Shown: positions 27,448-37,174, numbered from the stretch's first letter. The stretch: DNA of 64,000 bases from Arcobacteraceae bacterium (GCA_029934475.1 JAOZMC010000002.1:27-64026), one strand, 5' to 3'. Notes: a model not told the origin generated them from the letters alone. Numbers and translations: made by a program.

Positions 27448-30400
27448 ATGAATAATATTTACAAGTTAAAATCAATATCAATAGCGACAATATTTTCGTT
27501 GTTTTTGGTAGGCTGTGAGCTAGGCAATATCAAAACTGCTATATCTATAGAGGGTAGAGTAGCCAAAGGTGCTATAGGTGGAGCTACTGTCACAGCATAT
27601 AAGGCTGGCACGACAGAAGTGATAGGAACTGCAACCACAGATACAAATGGCTACTACAAGCTAGACGGCGATATATTTTATGACGGTGTGATTTATATAG
27701 AATCTGCTGGTGGAACATATACAGATGAGCTCACAAATGCTGCCGGCAAAGATGCCAGTGTGTTTGACCTACAAGCTGTATCAAAAGTGGGTGCTGATGA
27801 TGGATATGTATTAAATATTACACCATTTTCAACTGTGGCATACAGAACCATGCAAAATGATGGAGCAGATATAACTTCTCCAACTACTGTAGGCAAATAC
27901 AACAAGGCAATATCGGATATATTTATAGGCAATGGCTTTGATATCACTAAGACCACACCAAACCTGCACGGCGATACGACTGACAATGACTTAGATAGCG
28001 AAGATGAAGAAAAGTATGGTTTCATGCTAAAAGTATTTACAAAGATGATAAACTCAAACGAAGCAAATGTAAATGGCAAGATAAACGATATAGTCGGTGC
28101 TATCGTGAGTCTTGACGATATGACTATCACAGAGGCTTTGGCAGATGAGATAATAACAACATTTATAGACCCTGTGGTAGCTACAGATATGACAGCTGAA
28201 GAGATATCTGATATGAATGACACTATCAATGATGCTAGAGATACAAAGCTACCAGATATCAGTGGCTCTTTGGCGAAAATATCTGCCGAGTTCAATACCA
28301 CCATAGCTACTTGGTCGCCAGTAGTAGCTCCTACAGGTGGGGTTATAACTAGCTGTGAAATATCACCAGACATCAACACGAGCTATGGCTTGACATTTGA
28401 CAAAACCAATTGTCAAATAAGCGGCAAACCAAACAAAGTAAATACAGAATCGTTTACTATAGTGCCAGCAAACCTCAAAGGCAAGGGAAACTTTTTTGTC
28501 ATATCTTTGGAAGTAAACAAGACAGCACAAGCACCATTTTCGCTAGATGGTAGCACAGTGTTTGAAAAAAACTCTACAGACTACACACAGACGACTGTAG
28601 GCGGTAGCTGTGTAGATGGAAGTTTGAGTTTTGAATCAAACGATACAAATGTAGCAGATATCACACCTGTAAGCGGTATCATAGACTTCAAAAATGTAGG
28701 CACAGTCCGTATCACGGCGACACTTAGCTGTGATGAATATAACGACATATCAGCAACAAAAGATATAACAGTAAATGATGTAGCTCCTGTCATCACTAGT
28801 CCAAACGATATCGTAGGCGAATACAACCAAACCATGACAAACTGGATACCAGACAGTAGCACAGGTGGCACGATATCTAGCTGTGAGATAGCTCCTGCTA
28901 ACTTTGAGGCAACTTATGGACTTGAGTTCAACGAAACAACATGTGAGATAAGTGGCAAACCAACAACTACAGTGCTAAATGCAGGAGGGATAAATATACA
29001 GATAAAAGCTATAAATCCTACAGGAGACAGCACTGTGTCTGTAAATCTAAAGATAGACAGAACAGACCAAAGCCCGGTGGTATCTATAGCACCAGATCAA
29101 GTATGTGTCGTAGACGATACATTTCCACAGACTGCCACAGGTGGAAGCAGTAGTGCTGTGGGATACATATATGGCACAGAGGACCCAAATATAGCCACAG
29201 TAGATGCTAGTGGTATGGTCACATGTGTAGCAAACGGCGATGTAAACATCACTGCTACGAAAGCTATGGATAGCTTTTACAACGCAAGCACAGGTAAATA
29301 CAAGGTATCTGTAGGATTGGTGCCACCAAATATCAACAACCCACAAACCACTACAGGCGTATATGGTGAAGCTGTCAGCTGGGAAGTCAACAACACAGGA
29401 GGTGTGTATGATAGCTGTATAATCACGCCAAACTTAGCACCAGATGACATAACTACAAAATACGGACTGGTATTTGATGTGGGTGACTGTAGTATAGATG
29501 GTTCGCCGACTGCTACAACTACTGGCGATGTGTCATATACTATCAAAGCGGTAACTGCAGACAGAGGAAACAGCACCAAAAATATAAACATAATCATTGA
29601 CAAAGCTTTGCAAAGTCCGTTTGGTTTTGATGATGGCATAACTTTAAATATAGGAGAAGTATCACCAAAAGCACTGGACCACATAGGCAACGGCACAGGG
29701 ACTATATCTTATGTAAGTACAGATGAAAATATGGCAGTAGTAGATGTAAATTCTGGAGCTATTACTTCTGTGTTGGCAGCAGGAACTGTAGAGATAAATG
29801 CTACTAAACAAGCTGACAACAACTATCAAATAGCTCATGCTTCATATATTTTAACTATACAAGCAGCCGATCCAAATATCACGAGTCCTGGCAATATCAT
29901 AACTGAATACAACACAACTATCACTACAAATTGGCTACCAAACAACACAAACGGCGGCCCTATCGAGGAGTGTGAGATATTGCCACTATTTACAGCAAAC
30001 AGCGGTATGGAGTTCAACACAACCACATGTGAGATAAGCGGAACTCCTCTATATACAAAAGAGAGTGGCACACTATATACTATAACTGCCAAAAACAAAA
30101 GCGGTGCAGGAGTTAGCACTACATCGGTTAAACTCACTGTAAACAAAGCAGACCAAGACCCACTTATCGTGCCTTTGGCTACTGTTGATGATACTATGGC
30201 AGATGTAAGCCATCAGCAAATTATTACAGGCGGTAGTGGCACAGGTAATATCACATTTAGTGGAGCAGTGGCAGGTAAATTTACTGTAGATACAAACAGC
30301 GGGTTGGTCACATATATAGATGAGATAGCAGGTGCTGTCATAACTGTATCAAAAGCAGAAGACGACAACTACAACGATATATCAACTACATATCTGTTGA

Positions 30401-31878
30401 ATATAGGCGACTTTAAGCCCGAGATAGGCACTTCTGCTACAGTGGCTATAGGCACATACAATGAGACAAACAACACTTTGTGGGAAGCAAACAACACAGC
30501 AGGCACAGCTACATTGGGTTACGAGACAGATCCTGCCTTGCCAAATGGTTTGTCTATAAACAACATAGGCGTGATAGGCGGAACTCCTACGAGTGCTATG
30601 AGTGCTACTGCCTACACAATCATGGCGAAAAATGCCTCTGGCAATGATACTATAGTAGTAAATATCACTATAAACAAAGCAACACAATCAAACTTTGTGT
30701 TTAACACAGGCAACAGGACAGGAGCAGTAGGCACACAATATACATATTCTGTGATAAACACAGATGTGCCTGCTGGAAATCTTATCTATACATCTTCTGC
30801 TTTGGGAGTAGATGTATCTGCCAATACAGGGTTGGTAGTCATAAGCCCAACGGCAACCTTTGGTAATGTAACCATATCTGCCACAAATAATGGCGACGGA
30901 AACTATAGTTCTACTACTGCTAGCTATATATTAGAAGTTACAGACCAAGCACCAAATATAGCAAATCCTACTACACCAAACTCAATCGTAGGTTCTTATG
31001 GCGACAACATAGGCTTTGACTTCAACAATACAGGTGGAACTATAAGCGGATGCGTGATATCAAGCGGAACTTTGCCAAATGGCTTGGCGGTAGCGGTCGT
31101 AGGCAACACCTGTCGCATACAAGGTATAGTGACCGAAGTCAAAGGCATTGGTGCATATACAATACAAGCTACAAACACAGCTGGTGATACTAGCACTAGA
31201 GGAGTGCAGATCACTATAAACAAAGCAGACCAAGCAGCATTTACAATATATGGCGACCAAACTATACCAGTGACAAATACGGCACATACTCAAACAGCAG
31301 ATGGTGGAAGCACAAACGAGGCGATACTGTATAGCTCTAGCAACACAACTGTAGCCCATGTAGATCAAAACGGCTTGATAGCACCGCATGTAGCTGGAAA
31401 CACTACTATAACTGCTATAAGACCAGGAAATGTCAGCTACAATGATATCAACGATAGCTATCTACTGACAGTCACTGATGCGGTGCTACCTACTGTTGAT
31501 TATGTAGCATCTACACCTACAAATGGTGCCATAGATGCAAACGGAACAGCAGATATCATAATAGTATGGAGCGAAGCAGTCAAGAAAATTGATGGATTTA
31601 ACATAGAGATAAAAAGCAAAGGCAACACAGCCCATGTGAAAGGTTATACTACAAACAACATAGTAGCAAACGGCGATACAAATGTTACTTTGTCGCTAGG
31701 AACGGGACATCTGAGCTATGGCGAGGAGTATTATATAGTCATAGATGCTGGAGCATTTGAAGATATGAGTGGCAACGATGCTGTTGCTCAAGGTGGAGAC
31801 GGCACATGGAATTTCACTGTGCCAACACAGACAGGCGATTGTGCCTATGATTGTGTAGACAATTGTGATAATTATTAA
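27448..31878 (+). CDS. Giant surface/secreted lipoprotein, paralog 1 (1476 aa): N-terminal domain, 6 x (He_PIG/cadherin-like Ig + Big_2-like Ig), SbsA-like Ig domain, Cys tail
   Basis: Lipobox FLVGC. Repeated modules are GG.I.SCEI.P....YGL.F...TC.ISG.P (paired Cys) alternating with .GGS...I.Y.S.D..VA.VD..G.V......G.V.ITATK. The C-terminal 130 aa are colinear with paralog 2. Confidence 0.85.
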   Translation: MNNIYKLKSISIATIFSLFLVGCELGNIKTAISIEGRVAKGAIGGATVTAYKAGTTEVIGTATTDTNGYYKLDGDIFYDGVIYIESAGGTYTDELTNAAGKDASVFDLQAVSKVGADDGYVLNITPFSTVAYRTMQNDGADITSPTTVGKYNKAISDIFIGNGFDITKTTPNLHGDTTDNDLDSEDEEKYGFMLKVFTKMINSNEANVNGKINDIVGAIVSLDDMTITEALADEIITTFIDPVVATDMTAEEISDMNDTINDARDTKLPDISGSLAKISAEFNTTIATWSPVVAPTGGVITSCEISPDINTSYGLTFDKTNCQISGKPNKVNTESFTIVPANLKGKGNFFVISLEVNKTAQAPFSLDGSTVFEKNSTDYTQTTVGGSCVDGSLSFESNDTNVADITPVSGIIDFKNVGTVRITATLSCDEYNDISATKDITVNDVAPVITSPNDIVGEYNQTMTNWIPDSSTGGTISSCEIAPANFEATYGLEFNETTCEISGKPTTTVLNAGGINIQIKAINPTGDSTVSVNLKIDRTDQSPVVSIAPDQVCVVDDTFPQTATGGSSSAVGYIYGTEDPNIATVDASGMVTCVANGDVNITATKAMDSFYNASTGKYKVSVGLVPPNINNPQTTTGVYGEAVSWEVNNTGGVYDSCIITPNLAPDDITTKYGLVFDVGDCSIDGSPTATTTGDVSYTIKAVTADRGNSTKNINIIIDKALQSPFGFDDGITLNIGEVSPKALDHIGNGTGTISYVSTDENMAVVDVNSGAITSVLAAGTVEINATKQADNNYQIAHASYILTIQAADPNITSPGNIITEYNTTITTNWLPNNTNGGPIEECEILPLFTANSGMEFNTTTCEISGTPLYTKESGTLYTITAKNKSGAGVSTTSVKLTVNKADQDPLIVPLATVDDTMADVSHQQIITGGSGTGNITFSGAVAGKFTVDTNSGLVTYIDEIAGAVITVSKAEDDNYNDISTTYLLNIGDFKPEIGTSATVAIGTYNETNNTLWEANNTAGTATLGYETDPALPNGLSINNIGVIGGTPTSAMSATAYTIMAKNASGNDTIVVNITINKATQSNFVFNTGNRTGAVGTQYTYSVINTDVPAGNLIYTSSALGVDVSANTGLVVISPTATFGNVTISATNNGDGNYSSTTASYILEVTDQAPNIANPTTPNSIVGSYGDNIGFDFNNTGGTISGCVISSGTLPNGLAVAVVGNTCRIQGIVTEVKGIGAYTIQATNTAGDTSTRGVQITINKADQAAFTIYGDQTIPVTNTAHTQTADGGSTNEAILYSSSNTTVAHVDQNGLIAPHVAGNTTITAIRPGNVSYNDINDSYLLTVTDAVLPTVDYVASTPTNGAIDANGTADIIIVWSEAVKKIDGFNIEIKSKGNTAHVKGYTTNNIVANGDTNVTLSLGTGHLSYGEEYYIVIDAGAFEDMSGNDAVAQGGDGTWNFTVPTQTGDCAYDCVDNCDNY
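28255..31485 (+). repeat. Array of about 12 alternating Ig-like coding modules (protein-level repeats) in paralog 1
   Basis: Six He_PIG-like and six Big_2-like modules of about 85-95 aa each, identified by recurring motifs in the translation. Confidence 0.7.
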
Positions 31879-31888
31879 GGAGAAAAAG

Positions 31889-34800
31889 ATGAAAAAATAT
31901 ATAAAAATATTATTGGTAATGATACCAATACTGTTGATATCATTTAGTGGATGTGGAGACAAAGGAACCGAAGGTGCCGTAACTACTGGATTGATCATAG
32001 AAGGCAGAGTGGCAAAAGGCTCTATAAGTGGAGCTACCATAGAAGTGTTTGATACAACTACTGGCGACTCTCTAGGGGTAGATGTGACCGATAGCCAAGG
32101 ATATTATAGCATAAAAACTTCGGCAAATACAAAAGGTGTAGTTAGACTTACGGCAAATGGTGGTTCGTTTATAGATGAACAAACAGGCAATCAACTAGAC
32201 GCTTCTGCTTTTGAGCTTGTAGCAGTCCAAGACACTACATATGAAGAAAGTATAGTAAATATAAATATTACTCCATTTACGACTGTATCGTATAAAAAAC
32301 TTATAGCAGACGGTAAAGATATAGGTTCAAAAGATGATGTGACCAAATACAACAAAGCTATAGCGAGCATATTTGTAGGAAACAAAAATATAGAGATCAC
32401 AAAGCTAGAGCCAAATATTGTAAACGATGCAAACGACAATCACCTAGACACAGATGACCAAAAAAATTATGGCACTATACTAGCAGCATTTTCAGGAATG
32501 ATACAAAACACTCCCGTGCTTACAACATCAGAGATAAACAATATTGTTGGGAAAATCAAAAATATAGAATATGCTACTATAGAGCAAGACTTAGCAAGCC
32601 ATATACAAAGCTATATTGCTGACATAAACACTACCAACGAACAGACAGATGAAAGTGTAAATGATATCAACAACTCAATAGAAAAAGCAGTATATTCAGT
32701 AGTGCCAAATATAATCGACTCAGCACCAAACCTAGACGATAATATAGATGAGAACAGCACAAAAATATCTTGGATACCTGTAACAAAAGAGGAAAGTGTC
32801 ACAAGCTGTAAATTGGGAGACGGTGTAAATCTAGCTGAATACAATCTTACATTTGATAGCGAAACATGTGCTATAACAGGAGAACCAAATGCTACGCACA
32901 CAGGAAAAGATATATATATAATTCCTTCAAATCCAGAAGGTGAAGGACTACCTTTTAGCTTAAATTTCAAGATAGATAGGATAGCACAAGCACCGATATC
33001 GTTTGTTCCTAGTGATAAAGAGGAGTTTAATGTGACAGATGGCAACTTTGATTTTGATATAACTGGTGGGACTTGTGATGATCTATCTGCTACAAGATTT
33101 GTATCTAGTGATACAGATGTAGCAAAAGTAAATATCAGCACAGGAATAATAGATATTAACACCACTGGAATATTTACACTCACAGCTACAAAAACTTGCA
33201 GCGAAGGCTATCTAGCAAAAGAGGTATCAAAAACAATAACCGTGCTACAAGTTCTCCCAAATATTGCTACAAGCACAGACATAAATGCTTCTATGAGTCA
33301 AGTGCTTGATTGGAATGTTACAAACACAGGCGGCTCTATAGATAGCTGTGCTATAGATACAGATATAAAAACACTCTACAATCTTGACTTTGACCAAACA
33401 ACTTGTGCTATTACTGGTGTGCCAAATACGACAAATATACCAGTTGGTATAGATGTGTCTATCACGGCTACAAACAGTATAGGCGACAACATTCAAGCTG
33501 TGCATATCCTTATAAATAGCAATCCAAACATAGATAATCCACAAAATACTATAGGTATATACAATACTCCAGTTGTATGGGATGTAAATAATACTGGCTC
33601 AAATGTAGGCATGATAACTAGTTGTGAAATAACACCAAATACGCTAAAAAACAACTACAATCTTGACTTCAATCAAACAAACTGCCAAATCACAGGTGAA
33701 GCAAACAAGACAACTACAGGCGACAACAGCTACACTATCACAGCAAAAAATATATCTGGCAATAGTGCTAAAAATATCAATATAGTTATAGACAGATCGC
33801 CACAAGATCCGATACTATTTGACCCAAATACCAAAAATGAATTTAACTTGACTGATATTGATTTTGACTTTGGTATCACAGGTGGAAACTGTAGCGGCAT
33901 AGAAACTATAACATATAACTCAAACGACACAGCTATAGCAGATGTCAATACGACTACCGGTGTAGTAAATATGCAAGGTGTAGGTGAGTTTAACCTCACT
34001 GCGACAAAAACTTGTAGCGAAAACTATTTGCCTGCAGTTGTGTCTAAGCTTATGACGGTTCACAATGTCGTGCCAGATATAACCAACGACAACAATATCA
34101 CAACTGAATATAATACTACTATAGCTACATGGAGACCATCAAATACAGGTGGAACTATCACCGGTTGTGCTTTGGACCAAGATATCAATAGCATGTATGG
34201 GTTGGATTTTAATGATACTACATGTGCTATATCAGGAGAGCCAAATGCCACCATACAAGCTGGCATCAACATAGGAGTTACAGCTTCAAATGAGATAGGA
34301 GATAGCAACACAATAGTATTACAACTAATTATAAACAAAGCTGTCCAAAATCCAATAGTAGATATGACAAACAACAATGCCAACTGCTACAAAGGAACAT
34401 CACCAATCATACACAAAGATGCTACAGGCGGGAGTAGTTCGTTTGATTATAACTATACTTCAAGCGACACAAATATAGCTACTGTAGATCCTGTCACAGG
34501 AGTAGTGAGTTGCATAGAGTTTGGTGAAGCAAATATCACGGCTACTAGAGCTGAAGATGACAATTGGCTTGAAAGTTCTCACTATTATACTATAGTGGTT
34601 TCAAACAATGCTCCAAATATAGACAATCCGCAAAATACTACAGGAATATATAATGAAGCAGTAGTATGGGATGTAAACAATAGTGGAGCAAATGTAGGAC
34701 CGATAGAAAGCTGTGAAATAACTCCAAACAATCTAAAAGCTACATACAATCTAGACTTCAATCAAACAACATGCCAAATCACTGGCATACCAAGTGCCTC

Positions 34801-37174
34801 TACCATAGGGGATAGTAGCTGGACCATTAAAGCTATAAACACTACAGGAAATAGCACAAAAAATATAAATATTGTTATAGATAAGGCTGAGCAAAATCCA
34901 TTTGGTTTTGACAACAATCTAACAATACACAAGTATGCAACTGGCTCAAATGCTCTTGATCATATAGGCAATGGCACTGGAGTTATTGAGTTTAAAAGCT
35001 TGGATGAGGATTTTGCGGTTGTAGATAGTGGTTCTGGCGATATAACACAAGCAAAGCAGATAGGAGACGTTCAAATACTTGCCACAAAAGGTAGTAGCGA
35101 CAACTTCAAAGAGACCAATGCCACATATACTTTGACTATCATAGATGCTGACCCAAATATCACAACACCAAACGATATATCTATAGAATACAATGAAACA
35201 TTTAGTTGGATGCCAGATAAAACAAATAGTGGCGAGATTGATAATTGTTCTATATTGCCTGTATTTGCAGCAAACAGCGGATTAGAGATAAACAACACGA
35301 CATGTGAGATAACAGGAGCTCCGCTTTTTGTAAAAGAAAGTGGGACAGAACATACTATAACCGCTACAAACAAAGCAGGAGTTGGTGTAGATACTACGAT
35401 AGTAGATATAGTAGTAGTAAAAGCGGAACAACAAGCACTTATAATACCACAGTCATTTATCAGTGATATTATGAGTGATATAGGACACCAGCAAGTCATC
35501 ACTGGAGGAAGTGGCGATGGAAATATCACATTTAGCAGTGCTGCATCGCCTACATTTATAGACCTAAACACAACTACAGGTGCTGTAGTATATAAAAAAC
35601 CATTTGACAACAACAAAACTATTATAGTATTGAAAAAAGGCAATGACTTTTATAAAAACAAGCAAGATAGCTACAAGTTTGTAGTAGGTGATTTTATACC
35701 GAACCTATCTGACTCTATAGCAGCAACAAGTGCAAATTTTGATGAGCTAAACAATACTTTATGGGAGCCTATAAATACAGGTGGCAATACTACATATGAC
35801 TATACCACAAACCCAGCTTTGCCTGCTGGATTGACTATACATCCCACTACAGGTATCATAGGTGGCACACCACAAAGCGCTCAAGATTCTGCACCATACG
35901 AGGTCAATGCCACAAATGCATCTGGCACATCATTGTTTGTAGTCAATATTACTATAAACAAAGTCCCTCAACCAAACTTTAGATTTAATGACGGCAACAG
36001 AACTAGTGAGCTAGGAACTAGCTTTGAATACAATGTTACAAATATAGACGCCCCTACAGGCACACTCACATATACCACAAGTGACCCAGCCAAAGCACTA
36101 GTAACAAACAGTGGAGTCGTGACTATAAACGATGCAGATACAAAAGGTAATGTAACTATAACAGCTAGAAATCAAGGCGATGGAAACTACAGTAGCACAG
36201 TAGCAACATATATCATAACCATAATAGACAAAAAGCCAAATATAGCAAACCCTATGACAAGTGAAGAACTAAATACCACTTATATGCAGACAATCCCAAC
36301 TTTCGAGTTTAATAACACAGGCGGTCCAGCCGTGAGCTGTATAACTGTGGGTGATGATTTGCCTACTGGATTGGAAGTAAATGTGACAGCTGGTGGCAAT
36401 TGTGTCATCACAGGCACACCAACCGAGGTAAAAACAGATCAAATATATACTATACGGGCTATAGGAGAGTTTGGCGATGAAAGCACCAAAGAGATACATC
36501 TATTTGTAGACAAAGCACATCAAACTGGATTTGATATAGTAGATGTGGATAAATATCTTGAGTCTGTAGTGTTGGATTTCAACAGAACTGGCTATGGTGG
36601 CAACACAACTTTGGATATACAATACACCTCTAGCAACGAAACTATAGCACTAGTAGGAGCGATCACTGGTGTGATAACACCAAAAACTACTGGCAATGTG
36701 ACAATAACAGCAACAAAACCAGGAAATGTAAGCTTCTATGATGCCAATGCAAGTTATAAGTTGATAGTGCAAGATACTTTAAGACCAGTAGTGGATTATG
36801 CCATATCTACACCTACAGACGACGAAGCAGATGCAAATGCAACTGCAAACTTGATCATAGTATGGAACGACAATATATCTATAAATGATGGCAAAACTAT
36901 ACGAATAAAAAGTGATGGCGATACCAACCTCACAATAACATACAGCACCACAGATTTGGTGATAGTTGGCGATAGAAATATTACTTTGGATTTGGGCAAC
37001 TTACACTTAAGTTATGGCGAGGAACACTATATTTATATAGAAGCTAACTCAGTAGCAGACAGTGGTGGAAATGTGAACGATGCAATAGACGATCAAACTA
37101 GCTGGAATTTTAGTGTATTGAGCGACAGTGGGCCTTGTAAACTAGATTGTGTGGACAATTGTGACAATTATTAA
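31889..37174 (+). CDS. Giant surface/secreted lipoprotein, paralog 2 (about 1761 aa): same architecture with 8 He_PIG-like + 7 Big_2-like modules
   Basis: RBS AAGGAG at 31877-31882 and ATG at 31889 (the track start 31865 lies inside the paralog 1 coding end). Lipobox SFSGC. The N-terminal domain (IEGRVAKGSISGAT...) and C-terminal 130 aa are homologous to paralog 1. Confidence 0.85.
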   Translation: MKKYIKILLVMIPILLISFSGCGDKGTEGAVTTGLIIEGRVAKGSISGATIEVFDTTTGDSLGVDVTDSQGYYSIKTSANTKGVVRLTANGGSFIDEQTGNQLDASAFELVAVQDTTYEESIVNINITPFTTVSYKKLIADGKDIGSKDDVTKYNKAIASIFVGNKNIEITKLEPNIVNDANDNHLDTDDQKNYGTILAAFSGMIQNTPVLTTSEINNIVGKIKNIEYATIEQDLASHIQSYIADINTTNEQTDESVNDINNSIEKAVYSVVPNIIDSAPNLDDNIDENSTKISWIPVTKEESVTSCKLGDGVNLAEYNLTFDSETCAITGEPNATHTGKDIYIIPSNPEGEGLPFSLNFKIDRIAQAPISFVPSDKEEFNVTDGNFDFDITGGTCDDLSATRFVSSDTDVAKVNISTGIIDINTTGIFTLTATKTCSEGYLAKEVSKTITVLQVLPNIATSTDINASMSQVLDWNVTNTGGSIDSCAIDTDIKTLYNLDFDQTTCAITGVPNTTNIPVGIDVSITATNSIGDNIQAVHILINSNPNIDNPQNTIGIYNTPVVWDVNNTGSNVGMITSCEITPNTLKNNYNLDFNQTNCQITGEANKTTTGDNSYTITAKNISGNSAKNINIVIDRSPQDPILFDPNTKNEFNLTDIDFDFGITGGNCSGIETITYNSNDTAIADVNTTTGVVNMQGVGEFNLTATKTCSENYLPAVVSKLMTVHNVVPDITNDNNITTEYNTTIATWRPSNTGGTITGCALDQDINSMYGLDFNDTTCAISGEPNATIQAGINIGVTASNEIGDSNTIVLQLIINKAVQNPIVDMTNNNANCYKGTSPIIHKDATGGSSSFDYNYTSSDTNIATVDPVTGVVSCIEFGEANITATRAEDDNWLESSHYYTIVVSNNAPNIDNPQNTTGIYNEAVVWDVNNSGANVGPIESCEITPNNLKATYNLDFNQTTCQITGIPSASTIGDSSWTIKAINTTGNSTKNINIVIDKAEQNPFGFDNNLTIHKYATGSNALDHIGNGTGVIEFKSLDEDFAVVDSGSGDITQAKQIGDVQILATKGSSDNFKETNATYTLTIIDADPNITTPNDISIEYNETFSWMPDKTNSGEIDNCSILPVFAANSGLEINNTTCEITGAPLFVKESGTEHTITATNKAGVGVDTTIVDIVVVKAEQQALIIPQSFISDIMSDIGHQQVITGGSGDGNITFSSAASPTFIDLNTTTGAVVYKKPFDNNKTIIVLKKGNDFYKNKQDSYKFVVGDFIPNLSDSIAATSANFDELNNTLWEPINTGGNTTYDYTTNPALPAGLTIHPTTGIIGGTPQSAQDSAPYEVNATNASGTSLFVVNITINKVPQPNFRFNDGNRTSELGTSFEYNVTNIDAPTGTLTYTTSDPAKALVTNSGVVTINDADTKGNVTITARNQGDGNYSSTVATYIITIIDKKPNIANPMTSEELNTTYMQTIPTFEFNNTGGPAVSCITVGDDLPTGLEVNVTAGGNCVITGTPTEVKTDQIYTIRAIGEFGDESTKEIHLFVDKAHQTGFDIVDVDKYLESVVLDFNRTGYGGNTTLDIQYTSSNETIALVGAITGVITPKTTGNVTITATKPGNVSFYDANASYKLIVQDTLRPVVDYAISTPTDDEADANATANLIIVWNDNISINDGKTIRIKSDGDTNLTITYSTTDLVIVGDRNITLDLGNLHLSYGEEHYIYIEANSVADSGGNVNDAIDDQTSWNFSVLSDSGPCKLDCVDNCDNY
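32702..36781 (+). repeat. Array of about 15 Ig-like coding modules in paralog 2, including an internal module duplication
   Basis: Modules at about 33526-33810 and about 34612-34900 (NIDNPQNT.GIYN..VVWDVNN.G.NVG.I.SCEITPN.LK..YNLDFNQT.CQITG...) resemble each other more than any other module pair. Confidence 0.7.

Noticed and set aside
27693-28379. Long antisense or alternative-frame ORFs from the track lying inside well-supported genes (e.g. 27693-28379, 32611-33183, 35071-35643, 4590-5339, 13585-14376, 22322-22792, 59647-60174, 50259-50660, 53315-54724 plus-strand set inside acs, 38192-38419, 50847-51062, 52549-52770)
   Set aside because: Each lies entirely within a gene with strong family signatures on the other strand or frame. 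Their translations are low-complexity (Ser/Ile/Leu/Phe-rich) and lack RBSs and motifs, which is typical of shadow ORFs in AT-rich DNA.
31865-31888. Upstream starts offered by the ORF track for giant paralog 2 (31865), the small lipoprotein (7009) and LysE (52193)
   Set aside because: Internal ATGs at 31889, 7045 and 52214 are preceded by an RBS or form ATGA overlaps. They also yield proper signal-peptide or family N-termini, whereas the longer forms overlap upstream coding sequence.
36544-36552. Exact DnaA-box-like 9-mer TGTGGATAA (and a near match ATATCCACA at about 20087), considered because parAB and dnaE are nearby
   Set aside because: These are single isolated boxes inside coding sequence. 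There is no cluster, no AT-rich unwinding element and no dnaA or dnaN nearby, so this is not an origin.
27448-37174. Periodic repetition inside the giant genes considered as a CRISPR array or DNA tandem repeat
   Set aside because: The periodicity is about 270 nt at the protein-module level, with only about 40-75 percent nucleotide similarity. It is fully coding in one frame and has no short identical repeats separated by unique spacers.
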